DNA of 58,871 nt from Planctomycetota bacterium (GCA_038043045.1 JBBTCX010000166.1:1-58871), one strand, 5' to 3'. Numbered from the stretch's first letter, positions 36,693-47,097 are shown. Translations and numbers: made by a program. Notes: generated from the letters alone by a model not told the origin.

Positions 36693-37679
36693 TCATTTTA
36701 CGTATGTTGCTTCAGCATAATGGCAAGCGACCTGATGGCTGGGTGCTTGTACAGAGAGTGCTTCCAGTTTGGGCGCCTCGTTGCGGCACCGCTCTGTGGC
36801 GATCGGACAACGAGGATGAAAAGCGCACCCGCTCGGCGGATTGGCCGGATCGGGAGGTTCACCCATGATCGGAACACGAATCTCTTTCGTTGCGTGCAAA
36901 TCGGGAACGGACGCAAGCAGGGCCTGCGTATAGGGGTGTTGCGGGGATTTGAATACATCGACGGTGTTCCCGATCTCAACGACTTTGCCCAAATACATGA
37001 CGGCGACGCGATCGCTGATTCGTTCGATGACGGCCAGATTGTGCGCGATGAATAAGTAGGTAAGGGAGAGGTCTCGCTTCAATTCTTCGAGGAGTCTGAG
37101 GATTTGTGCCTGGATGGAGACGTCCAGCGCGCTGACCGGTTCATCGCACACGATGAATTTTGGCGATAGTGCGATCGATCTCGCAATTCCGACGCGCTGT
37201 CGTTGCCCGCCGGACAGCTCATGTGGGTAGCGGTCCAGGTAAGCATCCGATAGACCCACGCGAAAAAGCAGGTTGGCCGAGGATTCTCGTCGTTTCGATC
37301 GCGACACCGATGCGTGAATGGTATACGGTTCCCAAAGGATTTGCTCCAGGGTCATTCGAGGATTTAGGCTTCCCAATGGATCTTGAAAGACTATCTGCAT
37401 GTCACGCCGGAGTTGACGTAGGCTTCTTCCGGACCATCGGGTAATGTCTTTACCGCTGAAGCATATAGTGCCACTGCTTGGCTCCACGAGTCGAAGAATC
37501 GCCCGACCCAACGTGGTCTTGCCGCACCCGCTTTCACCCACCAACCCCAGCGTCGTTCCTTCAGCAATATCCAGGCTGACTCCGTTGACGGCAAACAGGG
37601 GCTCGTGTTTTCGAAACCACCCACCACTTCGCGCGGGAAACCCGACTTTGAGGTCTTGAATTTCTACGAGCGTTTCCAT
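36693..37679 (-). CDS. Oligopeptide/dipeptide ABC ATP-binding protein (OppF/DppF type)
   Basis: GESGCGKT, QIVFQDP, PHELSGGQRQR, VCDEPVSALD, HPYTQALL and PSGCAFHPRC. Confidence 0.93.
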   Translation of the reverse strand: METLVEIQDLKVGFPARSGGWFRKHEPLFAVNGVSLDIAEGTTLGLVGESGCGKTTLGRAILRLVEPSSGTICFSGKDITRWSGRSLRQLRRDMQIVFQDPLGSLNPRMTLEQILWEPYTIHASVSRSKRRESSANLLFRVGLSDAYLDRYPHELSGGQRQRVGIARSIALSPKFIVCDEPVSALDVSIQAQILRLLEELKRDLSLTYLFIAHNLAVIERISDRVAVMYLGKVVEIGNTVDVFKSPQHPYTQALLASVPDLHATKEIRVPIMGEPPDPANPPSGCAFHPRCPIATERCRNEAPKLEALSVQAPSHQVACHYAEATYVK

Positions 37680-37693
37680 CCTATTTCCATTGT

Positions 37694-39826
37694 CTAACCG
37701 CCGAGCACTTTAAGCCGCTGCTCATAAACGTTTCGTTGACCGTTATCTCTCGGTAGGAGTTGAATCGCCTGTCTATATCGGGCGATTGCGCCGGTCAAAT
37801 CGCCTCGAAACGCCAACAACTCCGCCTGACACACCAGAACGGCCGGATCGCTCGGCGCAAGCGATGAAGCATGGATCGCCCACTGCCACGCATGGTCAAG
37901 ATCATCGCCGTTTCGTCGCTCCAGCAGAAGCATGGCCAACTCCACCGCCCATCGCGACTCGCGTGCTTCCAATCGAAGCGCCTCCCGATAGTGCTCGATG
38001 GCCTCATCGATTCGATTGGCGTAGACCGTCGTAACCGCATATTCCGCCTGCCAATCGGCTCGATGTTGAAATTGCCCTTCGGTTTCCGCTAAGCGCGAGA
38101 TTGCTCCTTCAAGGTCTCCAAGATCGCGCATTTTTCGAACCACCATCAATTCCCGCTGCAGATCGCCGGGATCGCGCCGTGCGGCCTCTTCGAGTCGGTG
38201 AAGTTCTTCAACATGCACATTCGACCATGCATCCTTCGCTCGATCCAGCAGTTCCACCGTCGGCGGATGGTGGGGGACTTGCATATTCGCGATTTGAAGA
38301 TGATGCATCGCCCGACCCAAGTCACCCGCCTTCCAATAGCTTCGACCCAACGCACGATGAGCATCCGTGTATCCCAAGTCCATCTCCACCGCGCGGCGCA
38401 ACAATTCAATGCCACGGCTTGACTCTCCATTCTCTACCAGCCATTGTCCGTACAGATGCGAGACGCTAATGGAATGGGGCATGTCTCGATACGCCGCCGA
38501 AAACAATTCGCCGTTGTTTCGCCAATCGGATTCGCGCAGCCAGCATCGACCGAACAGAGCTCCGACAATCAGTAGGCCAACGGTGATCCCAATCCGCTTT
38601 CTCAAGATCGGACCAAGATAGAATCCCAATAGCATCGCCACCCATACCGAGGGAAAGAACCAAACTCGTTCTGCAAAAAACACCTGCAACAAGACGAACG
38701 CGTTCGATGTCGGCGCATAACTGACCACGACGGCCGCAACCAAAACAATTACGATGCCACGCTTCTTCCGCAACGCAACCGTCGACAGGATCGCCAAACC
38801 CAGCGTCATGACCAATCCGAGGATGACGTGCCCGTCAAACAACGACGTGGCCAAACGGACCGCGTTCACCGAATATCCAATCGAGAGCACCGCCGGCCAA
38901 TAGGTCTTCGCCCAATACATCCCCCACAGTTGCATGACGCCCAAGGCGTGTTGCCACACCGGGGCGTCAACCAAAACGTTGACCGTCTTGCTCGGAGCCG
39001 GTTGCTGATGCAGGTGTACACCAAGAGCTTGAGACCGAAGAATCAAATACAAGACGATCGGTACGATCAAATACAGTATACGCCTTAGAGAATTCAATCC
39101 AAGCATAGTTCCGCGCCCAACAGGGCCATCTTGTGGCACTCTCGCGTGCGAATCAGTCCGCGCCCACCACGCGTCGAAAAGCGCTACGATCAAAACGCCT
39201 CCGATCGCGCTTTCCTTCGATGCGACGGCCGCGAATAGGGCCATCGCCGCCAACACCCCCCAACCCACCTTCGCCCCGGATGATTCGCCTAGAGTCGACC
39301 GACGATGGGCTAAGATGGCGATGAGCACACCAATCGCCGCCAACAAGTCCGCCCGCCCAACAATCGAACACACCACTTCAGTATGGATGGGCAAAACCGC
39401 GAACAAAGTCGCCGCCGAAAACGCCTGCTGATCGCTAAACCCGACTCGGCGACCCAACCGCGCGATCATCGCACAAACCCCGGCGTAGAGGAGCAGGTTC
39501 ACCATCCTCTGAGGAAAGGGGCTCGGCCCAAAGACAATTCGCACCGCCCGATACGAACTCACTGCCAACGGTCGATAAAGCAAGTCACGATGCGGAGAAC
39601 TCTCCGCCGCCTGCGACCAATAGTCCGTCGTCCAAATCGAACCCCACTGCCCCGGCTCGTTCACTTTCGCATTGACTTGCACAACAGCCACATCGTCGTA
39701 ACAAAAATCGTTCGGCAACGTGTTTAGATAACACACCACACCCACGACCGCCGCGACCCACTCAGGCCACAGGCGAGGGCATTTTTTCCCAAAAACCGCG
39801 TGTGCCGTTGAGTTGATCTCTCTCAC
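37694..39826 (-). CDS. TMTC-like multi-TM (DUF1736-type) protein with C-terminal TPR repeats
   Basis: YLNTLPNDFCYDD...TTDYWS...YRPL, FAVLPIHTEVVCSIVGRADLLA, SKES and FFAERVWFFPS, followed by TPR-like helical pairs. Confidence 0.8.
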   Translation of the reverse strand: MREINSTAHAVFGKKCPRLWPEWVAAVVGVVCYLNTLPNDFCYDDVAVVQVNAKVNEPGQWGSIWTTDYWSQAAESSPHRDLLYRPLAVSSYRAVRIVFGPSPFPQRMVNLLLYAGVCAMIARLGRRVGFSDQQAFSAATLFAVLPIHTEVVCSIVGRADLLAAIGVLIAILAHRRSTLGESSGAKVGWGVLAAMALFAAVASKESAIGGVLIVALFDAWWARTDSHARVPQDGPVGRGTMLGLNSLRRILYLIVPIVLYLILRSQALGVHLHQQPAPSKTVNVLVDAPVWQHALGVMQLWGMYWAKTYWPAVLSIGYSVNAVRLATSLFDGHVILGLVMTLGLAILSTVALRKKRGIVIVLVAAVVVSYAPTSNAFVLLQVFFAERVWFFPSVWVAMLLGFYLGPILRKRIGITVGLLIVGALFGRCWLRESDWRNNGELFSAAYRDMPHSISVSHLYGQWLVENGESSRGIELLRRAVEMDLGYTDAHRALGRSYWKAGDLGRAMHHLQIANMQVPHHPPTVELLDRAKDAWSNVHVEELHRLEEAARRDPGDLQRELMVVRKMRDLGDLEGAISRLAETEGQFQHRADWQAEYAVTTVYANRIDEAIEHYREALRLEARESRWAVELAMLLLERRNGDDLDHAWQWAIHASSLAPSDPAVLVCQAELLAFRGDLTGAIARYRQAIQLLPRDNGQRNVYEQRLKVLGG

Positions 39827-40170
39827 CCCTAATACTCAAAGAGCCTGGAAGCACTCCACCCTCATGAAGATAGGCTATGTTGCACCAATTGGAAGAAAGG
39901 ACCTACTTGCTATCCCAAATAGAACCGCACAAGCGAGCTTCGGGATTCCGCCCGCGCGACCCAATAGGTGGAAAACGGCTCGCATGGGCTTTTCGTTTTA
40001 GCGCGTTGGTTTATTTCCGACAATTCGCGGCGCCCAGTCGCTTCCATTTAATTTCCCGTGAGACTATCCTATTCCGTTAATTCCTGATCTCGGAGAATAC
40101 CGGATTCACGAGATGGGCTATGCACGCGTTTTGGCTGCGACGACTTGGAGCATTCGATCGGAGACGAATT

Positions 40171-42120
40171 ATGAACGTGAAGGACAAAAACAAACTCCCG
40201 CTATCTTTTTTGATGATCGGACTGGGGATTCTTGCCCTCAACCCATCGCGACTTTGGGCGGCGGATGAAAAGAAAACGACTCCACCGGCGCCAATCAAGG
40301 CGAGCGCAGCACAAGGGACCATCGAGAAGTTTATCAAAATCCGTTGGCCTCGCGCTGTGGAAATGGCCCCGGACCAAAGCCTCTACTTTGTCCATGATCC
40401 AGACGGTATTCGCCAACTATACAAAGTGCCGCCGGGTTCAACCCAGGAAAAGGCCGTAAAGCTCACGACATTCCCCGATGGCATCAGCGGCTATACTCTA
40501 AGCGATGACGGCAAATGGCTCGCCCTGACCGCTGCCCGCGGCGGTAGTGAGCAAACCGCGATCTATCTTATGGACGCCGCCACCGGAAAAGTGGAAACCC
40601 TGTTCGAGAATCCCAACGTCGTCTACGAAAGCATCCTCTGGCGACGCGATTCCAAGGCTTTCGCCTATCGGGCCAACGACGTTTCGTCCTCTGATTTCTT
40701 CGTGTACATCTATGACCTTGCGTCAAAAACGCCTAAGAAAGTCTACGCGGAAAAGGGTTCAAATTCGCCCGGAGACTTTAATCGGGACGGCACCAAACTC
40801 GTCGTCGAAAAATACACATCGGCCTCGTATTCCCAACTTTTTGAAATCACCCTCGCCACCAATGAAGTTCGAGAAATCACCCCGAAAGGCGAAGAATGGT
40901 CTTATGATTCGGTGGGTTATTCCCCAACCGACCGGACATTTGTGGTCAACACGGACTTTCACGGCGACATGAAAACGCTGCACGCCATTGACCTGATCAC
41001 GGGTGAAATGAAACCCGTTTTGTCCGAGTTTCAGGGCCACGAAATCGACTTTGCCGGATTCAACCTGGATCGCTCGATCCTGGCGATTGGGGTCAATGAG
41101 GACGGTTATCGAAATCTCCACCTTCGCCGATCCAATGACATGGCCCCACTCAAGGCGCCGAGAATCGAGAAAGGGATTGTCGCCAACGTGAATTTTCAGG
41201 GCAATCATTTGCTTTACGGCCTGGATAACGCGACCACGCCGGGCGTGGTCTATCGTTGGGACCTCAACAAACCGGATGAACGCGGCGTGGCGATGACAAC
41301 CGCTGACACCCAAGGGATTGACGTGTCCAAGTTCCTACTCCCAGAACTCGTTCATTACCCCTCGTTCGACGGCGCCAAAATCCCGGCGTTTCTTTACGTT
41401 CCGCCGACCTACAAAAAGGGCCAGAAAATTCCCTTCGTCGTGCAATACCACGGTGGTCCCGAAGGCCAATATCGTCCCGCCTTCGATCGCCAATTCCAAT
41501 ATTTGCTTTCCCAAGGCTACGGGATCCTCGCCCCCAATGTCCGCGGTTCCAGCGGCTATGGAAAAGCCAATCTCGAAGCCGACAACTACAAGAATCGTGA
41601 GAAGTCCGTCAAGGACGGCGTCTGGGCCGCAAAATATTTGATCGATCAAGGGTACGCCGACGCCAAAAAAATCGCCGCCTGGGGGGGTAGCTACGGTGGT
41701 TTCATGACCATGGCGGTCATCACCGAAGCTCCGGAACTGTTCGGCGCCGCTTGCGACGTGGTCGGCATCGTGAATTTCGAGACTTTTCTAAAACAAACCA
41801 AGGATTACCGTCGAGCATTACGCGAAGTGGAATATGGACCGCTAACAGATCCCGAGTTCTTGAAGTCGATTTCGCCTATTTACAAAGTCGATCGTATTGA
41901 CACCCCGCTCATGATCGCTCACGGATTAAACGACCCGCGCGTTCCAGTCGGGGAAGCCATGCAAATCGCGGTGGCCTTGAAAAAACGCGGAAAACCAGTC
42001 GAAGAACTCTATTTCCCAGATGAGGGTCATGGTTTCGCCAAGGAGGAAAACCGCCTACTTTACTTCCAACAGTGGGCACTTTTTCTGGCGAAATATCTTC
42101 CCGTTCCAAAGTCCAGCTAA
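40171..42120 (+). CDS. S9-family prolyl oligopeptidase/acylaminoacyl peptidase
   Basis: Beta-propeller region, YHGGP, PNVRGSSGYG, catalytic GGSYGG, NDPRVP and DEGHG. Start ATG 40171 has SD GGAG upstream. Confidence 0.93.
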   Translation: MNVKDKNKLPLSFLMIGLGILALNPSRLWAADEKKTTPPAPIKASAAQGTIEKFIKIRWPRAVEMAPDQSLYFVHDPDGIRQLYKVPPGSTQEKAVKLTTFPDGISGYTLSDDGKWLALTAARGGSEQTAIYLMDAATGKVETLFENPNVVYESILWRRDSKAFAYRANDVSSSDFFVYIYDLASKTPKKVYAEKGSNSPGDFNRDGTKLVVEKYTSASYSQLFEITLATNEVREITPKGEEWSYDSVGYSPTDRTFVVNTDFHGDMKTLHAIDLITGEMKPVLSEFQGHEIDFAGFNLDRSILAIGVNEDGYRNLHLRRSNDMAPLKAPRIEKGIVANVNFQGNHLLYGLDNATTPGVVYRWDLNKPDERGVAMTTADTQGIDVSKFLLPELVHYPSFDGAKIPAFLYVPPTYKKGQKIPFVVQYHGGPEGQYRPAFDRQFQYLLSQGYGILAPNVRGSSGYGKANLEADNYKNREKSVKDGVWAAKYLIDQGYADAKKIAAWGGSYGGFMTMAVITEAPELFGAACDVVGIVNFETFLKQTKDYRRALREVEYGPLTDPEFLKSISPIYKVDRIDTPLMIAHGLNDPRVPVGEAMQIAVALKKRGKPVEELYFPDEGHGFAKEENRLLYFQQWALFLAKYLPVPKSS

Positions 42121-42361
42121 GATAATGGATATCGTGACGATGAAATGGGTACACCGAAAATGGAGAATTCGGATAGACAATTAACAACTGTCCGATAATA
42201 ACACAATCAATTGTCGCGGAACCGTTTTTGGTTGCGCTCGCGGGTGTGAAATTTTTCGACACTTTTGACAAGAAAAGTTAAAACGGGGAAGTTTGCCGAT
42301 ATCCTTAGTAGTGTTTATGCTCAACAATGAAGTGCCCCGCCTAATGAAAGGCGAGTGATTT

Positions 42362-43243
42362 ATGAAGACTGTTAAAAAGTGCGTTCTTGCTTTAATTCTC
42401 CTGATACAGGTTTCTGTCTGCCAAGCAGACGTTTTCCGCGATTTGGCCTTGGGACTGGGAGCGGCGGGTTTTGATTTGCAAGGTCAGCAAAACTATTTGA
42501 GCGGTGGAATCGACTTTCTCACAACCAACACTTTCACCGGCGAACAGCTTGATCTTGGTACGACTGATTTGACACTTAACGGTCCTCTTTCGTTTTCCGT
42601 TTCCACCGGGGGTCGAGGGCTTTCCGAACTCGAGCTATCTTTCCGCACTGCGGTTAACTCGACGTCCGGAGCAAGTCCGCTGCAATACGTCTTGAATTCC
42701 GACGTGGGCAATCAATCCGCGCAGATCAACGGCTCGCTCTTGCTCGATGGCAGAATGACTTTTAACGGCTTCGGCTTTTACGATTTGGATATGCAGTACT
42801 CTTCGCGCCAAACGATTACCCAAGACGGCGTTTTCGCCAAAGGCACCACACAGTCCGACCAAGACGTCGGCCCCATCAACATTTCCGGGAATATCTACGT
42901 GGACATCCTAGCGACGATCACCGATCCACTTTTTGTGCGCGCCGGCACGGTGAATATCTTTTCGCAATTCAGCGGTCGCGATCAGCTTCAAAAGGCCCTA
43001 GCCGACGACTTGGAATCCGCCGGACCAGATGTTGCTTTGACTCAATTGACCACAAACCCGGCGGTTGAACGCGCGATTACGAGTTCGCTTTCTCAACTCT
43101 TTCCAAACTTCGGCGATCAAACGGCCTTCGCAGACTCCGGCATCCGCGTCGTCCCGGAACCCGCCGTCTTGCTTCTCATGCTCCTCGGCGCGCCGCTTGT
43201 GCTTCACCGAAGCCTCAAAGGTCGTCGTTGGCTGCGTTCATAA
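42362..43243 (+). CDS. PEP-CTERM sorting-domain protein
   Basis: Signal peptide. C-terminal VPEPAVLLLMLLGAPLVLHRSLKGRR. Confidence 0.85.
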   Translation: MKTVKKCVLALILLIQVSVCQADVFRDLALGLGAAGFDLQGQQNYLSGGIDFLTTNTFTGEQLDLGTTDLTLNGPLSFSVSTGGRGLSELELSFRTAVNSTSGASPLQYVLNSDVGNQSAQINGSLLLDGRMTFNGFGFYDLDMQYSSRQTITQDGVFAKGTTQSDQDVGPINISGNIYVDILATITDPLFVRAGTVNIFSQFSGRDQLQKALADDLESAGPDVALTQLTTNPAVERAITSSLSQLFPNFGDQTAFADSGIRVVPEPAVLLLMLLGAPLVLHRSLKGRRWLRS

Positions 43244-43258
43244 GGCATCGTTCACACT

Positions 43259-43489
43259 TTACGAGTTTGTTCGGCGCGAATCCGGTCGACCAAGCTTCTC
43301 AATCGGCACGATCGGTCGGCGGACGATTCCCAGACTTGGTGCGCCGCAGGTTGAGCCTTTATCGCCGGTGGCTTTGGAGTGCGAGCAATGGCAGGAGCCG
43401 GACTTGCGCAACGTGCGGCGTATGACTCTTGCGAGGTAAAAGACCGCCGCAAGTCCCACCATGACGGCCAATATGTCTTGAAGTCCCAT
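43259..43489 (-). CDS. FeoB-associated Cys-rich membrane protein
   Basis: N-terminal TM, basic stretch, then SCHC...TC. Lies 6 nt downstream of feoB. Confidence 0.7.
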   Translation of the reverse strand: MGLQDILAVMVGLAAVFYLARVIRRTLRKSGSCHCSHSKATGDKGSTCGAPSLGIVRRPIVPIEKLGRPDSRRTNS

Positions 43490-43495
43490 GCAAAT

Positions 43496-45832
43496 TCACA
43501 CCCACCGCACCACAACCTGATAGGTCGCCAGCGACCCGATGTACGCCAACCCGGTCATATAGCAAAACGTAAACGTCGTCCAGCCCCATGAGTTCGTCTC
43601 TCGCTTGATCGTCGCCAAAGTGCCAAGGCATTGGCAGCACAACGCGAAGAACACCATGATCGAAAGTGCGACCGCCAGGTTATACACCTTCCGCCCGTCC
43701 GGCCACGTGGCCGTGTGCAACGCATCACGCAAACCCGACGAACTCTCGTCGACATCGCCGCCGAGATTGTACATCGTCCCCATTGTGGCAATGACGACTT
43801 CCCGGGCCGCAAATGATGCGAGAGCGGCCGTCCCGATGCGCCAATCCCACCCCAGCGGTTTCACCACCGGCTCGATCCAAGAACCCATGCGGCCCAAAAA
43901 GCTCTGCCTCAAATACGCTCCAGATTCGGCACGCTCGATGGCTGCCAGTTCCGTATCTCGTTGCTCATCAAGATTCTCAAGACCATCGCCCTTTGCCTCG
44001 ATGCTACTTGTTGGCATCTCGGCCGTTCGGTCAGAATATCGCTGTGCGACCGCCGTCTTTTGCGCGCCATAATCGTCGGCAATGTTTTGAGGACGCGGAT
44101 AATACCCCAGCATCCAAATCACCAGCGACACTGCGAAAATGATCGTCCCCGCCGATTGGCAAAACGCCTTGACTTGATCGAACACGCGATGAAACACGGT
44201 CGCAGGATTAGGCCACTTATAACTCGGTAATTCCATCACAAATGGTTGCGGCTCGCCGCGCAGAATCGTTCGCTTCAAAACCCATACGACCGGAATCGCC
44301 ACAAACGTACCGATGAGATACATTCCCAAAAGCGTGACCGCCTGAAGACTCACCACGCCGCCCAATAGCGAAATCGCCGGCACAAACGCCCCGATCAACA
44401 GCGTGTACACCGGCAATCGTGCGCTGCAACTCATCAACGGTGCGACGAGAATCGTGACCAATCGATCCCGCCGATCTTCAATGATTCTTGTGGCCATGAT
44501 CCCAGGCACCGCGCATGCAAAGGACGACAGCAAGGGGATAAATGCCTTTCCAGGCAAACCCATGATACCCATCCATCGATCCGACAAAAACACCGCCCGA
44601 GCGAGATATCCACAGTCTTCCAAGACGGCGATAAAAAAGAATAACACCGCGATTTGCGGCAAAAAAACCAGCACGCCGCCCACTCCGGCGATGACACCAT
44701 CTGACACTAGGCTTTGCAACGCACCCGGCGGCATCCAGTCGGCCGCGCGGCCGCTCATCCAGTGAAACGATTCGTCGATCGCATTCATCACCGGCGCGGA
44801 CCACGCATAGATCGATTGAAAGCAGGCGCCCATCAACACCAGAAAGACGGCCAACCCCGAAAACGGATGGGTCAAAACCCCGTCGACTCGTTCACTCCCT
44901 GATCGACGTCGAACATTGGCCCGACGTTCCACCCGCATGACCAAGGGCTTGATCCAGTGGTAACGGGCGTTCGCCTCTACTTCCGCGAGAGATTCACCGG
45001 CCGCTTTCACTCGTTCGCGACTTTGCAGAAGTTCCCTTGAGGCATTCGAACCGTGTTGTTGCACAAGTCTGCGTTCATGGTAGCCGCCGACATTCAGAAG
45101 AGCTTGAAGAAGCTCAACCCGGAGGCCGTTCTTGCTCTCGTTGTTGAATGAAAAAACTTTCGACAGGGTGTCAACTTCACGAACCAGCATGGATGGAATG
45201 GGAACTCGGAGCGCTTCACCAGTCGAAACGCCGGCGGCAACGGGAAAACACTCTATTCCTTCGCGACCAGAAGTTTGTCCAACTGGATTCGGAACTTCGC
45301 CCTGCATCGTGCGTTCGACTTGACGAACCAATTCGCCAATGCCTTTCTGTTGAGTGGCCACCACTTCGACAACTGGAACGCCTAAACCTCTGGACAACGC
45401 AACCGGGTCGACTTGAATGCCGTGAGTCGCGGCGAGGTCGACCATATTCAGCGCGACGATCACTGGTCTGCCGAGTTCCATGATCTGGGTGGTGAGGAAA
45501 AGATTTCGCTCCAAATTGGTGGCATCGACCACGCTGATAAATAGGTCCGGTTGTGCGGCTCCTTCGTGACGCCCAAGCAAGGCATCCAAGACGATGGCTT
45601 CATCCGTAGAGCGAGCCGCTAAACTATAAGCGCCGGGAAGGTCGATGATTTCGATGGTGAAGTGATCCGACGGGCCTCGCAGTAACCCGGTTCTCTTTTC
45701 CACTGTGACGCCGGGAAAATTACCGACACGATGTCGGTGACCGGTTAAGGCGTTGAAGAGAGTTGTTTTGCCGGCGTTGGGGTTGCCGACAAGAGCCGCC
45801 GTTTTCGTAGTCCGGTCAACAGGGGCGTTCAC
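43496..45832 (-). CDS. feoB: Ferrous iron transporter B
   Basis: GNPNAGKT, VGNFPGVTVE, DLPGAYSL, ALNMVD, FLPQI, SSFACAVPGIMATR, MSCSARLP, PLGWDW and FAAREV. Confidence 0.97.
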   Translation of the reverse strand: MNAPVDRTTKTAALVGNPNAGKTTLFNALTGHRHRVGNFPGVTVEKRTGLLRGPSDHFTIEIIDLPGAYSLAARSTDEAIVLDALLGRHEGAAQPDLFISVVDATNLERNLFLTTQIMELGRPVIVALNMVDLAATHGIQVDPVALSRGLGVPVVEVVATQQKGIGELVRQVERTMQGEVPNPVGQTSGREGIECFPVAAGVSTGEALRVPIPSMLVREVDTLSKVFSFNNESKNGLRVELLQALLNVGGYHERRLVQQHGSNASRELLQSRERVKAAGESLAEVEANARYHWIKPLVMRVERRANVRRRSGSERVDGVLTHPFSGLAVFLVLMGACFQSIYAWSAPVMNAIDESFHWMSGRAADWMPPGALQSLVSDGVIAGVGGVLVFLPQIAVLFFFIAVLEDCGYLARAVFLSDRWMGIMGLPGKAFIPLLSSFACAVPGIMATRIIEDRRDRLVTILVAPLMSCSARLPVYTLLIGAFVPAISLLGGVVSLQAVTLLGMYLIGTFVAIPVVWVLKRTILRGEPQPFVMELPSYKWPNPATVFHRVFDQVKAFCQSAGTIIFAVSLVIWMLGYYPRPQNIADDYGAQKTAVAQRYSDRTAEMPTSSIEAKGDGLENLDEQRDTELAAIERAESGAYLRQSFLGRMGSWIEPVVKPLGWDWRIGTAALASFAAREVVIATMGTMYNLGGDVDESSSGLRDALHTATWPDGRKVYNLAVALSIMVFFALCCQCLGTLATIKRETNSWGWTTFTFCYMTGLAYIGSLATYQVVVRWV

Positions 45833-45844
45833 GAACGCTCCGTT

Positions 45845-46129
45845 TCACGCGACCGCTGAAGTCGCAAGAGATTCTCCGGTTAAGAGCTCGACCACGGTCT
45901 GGTAACCGGTGCCTAACGCGAGAACCGTGCCGTTAATCCGAACGATACAGGTTGAGCCCGGCATTAACATCTCCACCGTGGATTCGTTGACAAACCCCAA
46001 ATCCGCTAATCGTTTCGAAGACAAAGCGGTACCGCGGATTCCGCGAATTTTGGCCTTTTCACCGCGTCGCAAGGAGGCAACGTAGCGCATCGGCTGGGTG
46101 ATGATGATTGGTGTAGGGATGTCTCTCAC
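45845..46129 (-). CDS. feoA: Ferrous iron transport protein A
   Basis: SLRRGEKAKIRGI...KRLADLGF...VEML...IVRINGTVLALG, directly upstream of feoB. Start is GTG 46129 or ATG 46090. Confidence 0.85.
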   Translation of the reverse strand: MRDIPTPIIITQPMRYVASLRRGEKAKIRGIRGTALSSKRLADLGFVNESTVEMLMPGSTCIVRINGTVLALGTGYQTVVELLTGESLATSAVA

Positions 46130-46231
46130 GTCCTTATTTCCAAAGTTCCTGATACTTCGGCCCTCTACTCAGGATTTACCCGGCACGTCTTGTTCCAAAG
46201 GTAACTTCTAAGGCGAAGTTTGTCATGTCCA

Positions 46232-46250
46232 ATTGAGACAGAATCTCAAT
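46232..46250. promoter_or_regulatory. Fur-box-like operator upstream of feoA
   Basis: Perfect 19-bp 7-5-7 inverted repeat ATTGAGA-CAGAA-TCTCAAT, about 100 nt upstream of feoA. Confidence 0.7.
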
Positions 46251-46503
46251 AAAAAACAATTTTTTATCCAGCAGAGATTCATTGTTATCGGACTAAAATG
46301 GCTAGCAGTGTAGGGTCCATCGTTACAAAGGCGACGGCAGGGTGGGAACGTTGGAGTGAATCGTCTTTGGTTTGCGTGGCATGTGCAGGGCAAAGTTCTA
46401 GACGGCTTTCCTTACTTCCGATGCTTCGGTTTCGATGTTTGCGGGACGTTATGGTCCTCGTGACTCATCGCTGGGAGCTCCACGTTTTCCAAATGTTTCG
46501 AAG

Positions 46504-47097
46504 TCAGGACTCCTGGTTAGGTTCGACGACGATGGCTTTGGGCGAGGTTGGACAATAGAGTTGGCACACTCCGCAGCCCACGCAGCCCGCCGCAAGAACG
46601 GTCGGTGGTCCATCATTGGGGAAGGCGATGGCGGATGGGCCTACAGGACAGCGATCTACACAAATCGTGCATGGTTCGCCGAGACTTCGCTTACAATAGG
46701 TTTCATCGACGACCGCGAGTCCCATCCGGATTACTTTGGGATCCAGTAGCGGAATCAACGCACCGCTCGGGCAGACATGGGTGCACTGGAGCCCGTCGCA
46801 CACGACGCAAGCGGCTTTGTTGGCGTCGATGACGGGCGTACCCACGGCGTCGCCGGCTTCCGCGCTCAAAGGGAAAATGGCGACGACCGGACAAGCATCC
46901 AGGCACGCGCCGCAACGAAGGCAAGTGGTGAGAAAATCGCGCTCGCTGATTGCTCCCGGCGGGCGAAGATAAGAACGGCGTTGAATGTGCGGAAAGATGC
47001 GTTCCAGACTGCTTGCGGCGGAGTGGAGCATCCGGCTGGTCATGTGTCGGAAGAATCCACGCCGTCCGAGGTGGTCTGGATGTTCACCGTTAGGCAT
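46504..47097 (-). CDS. 4x[4Fe-4S] ferredoxin-type protein (NapF/MauM-like)
   Basis: GRRGFF twin-arginine-like motif, YLRPPGA, CLRCGACLDACP, CVVCDGLQCTHVCP, CTICVDRCP and CVGCGVCQLYCP. Confidence 0.85.
   Translation of the reverse strand: MPNGEHPDHLGRRGFFRHMTSRMLHSAASSLERIFPHIQRRSYLRPPGAISERDFLTTCLRCGACLDACPVVAIFPLSAEAGDAVGTPVIDANKAACVVCDGLQCTHVCPSGALIPLLDPKVIRMGLAVVDETYCKRSLGEPCTICVDRCPVGPSAIAFPNDGPPTVLAAGCVGCGVCQLYCPTSPKAIVVEPNQES

Noticed and set aside
46298-46558. 86-aa plus-strand ORF between feoA and the ferredoxin
   Set aside because: Overlaps the ferredoxin 3' end antisense and has no motif.
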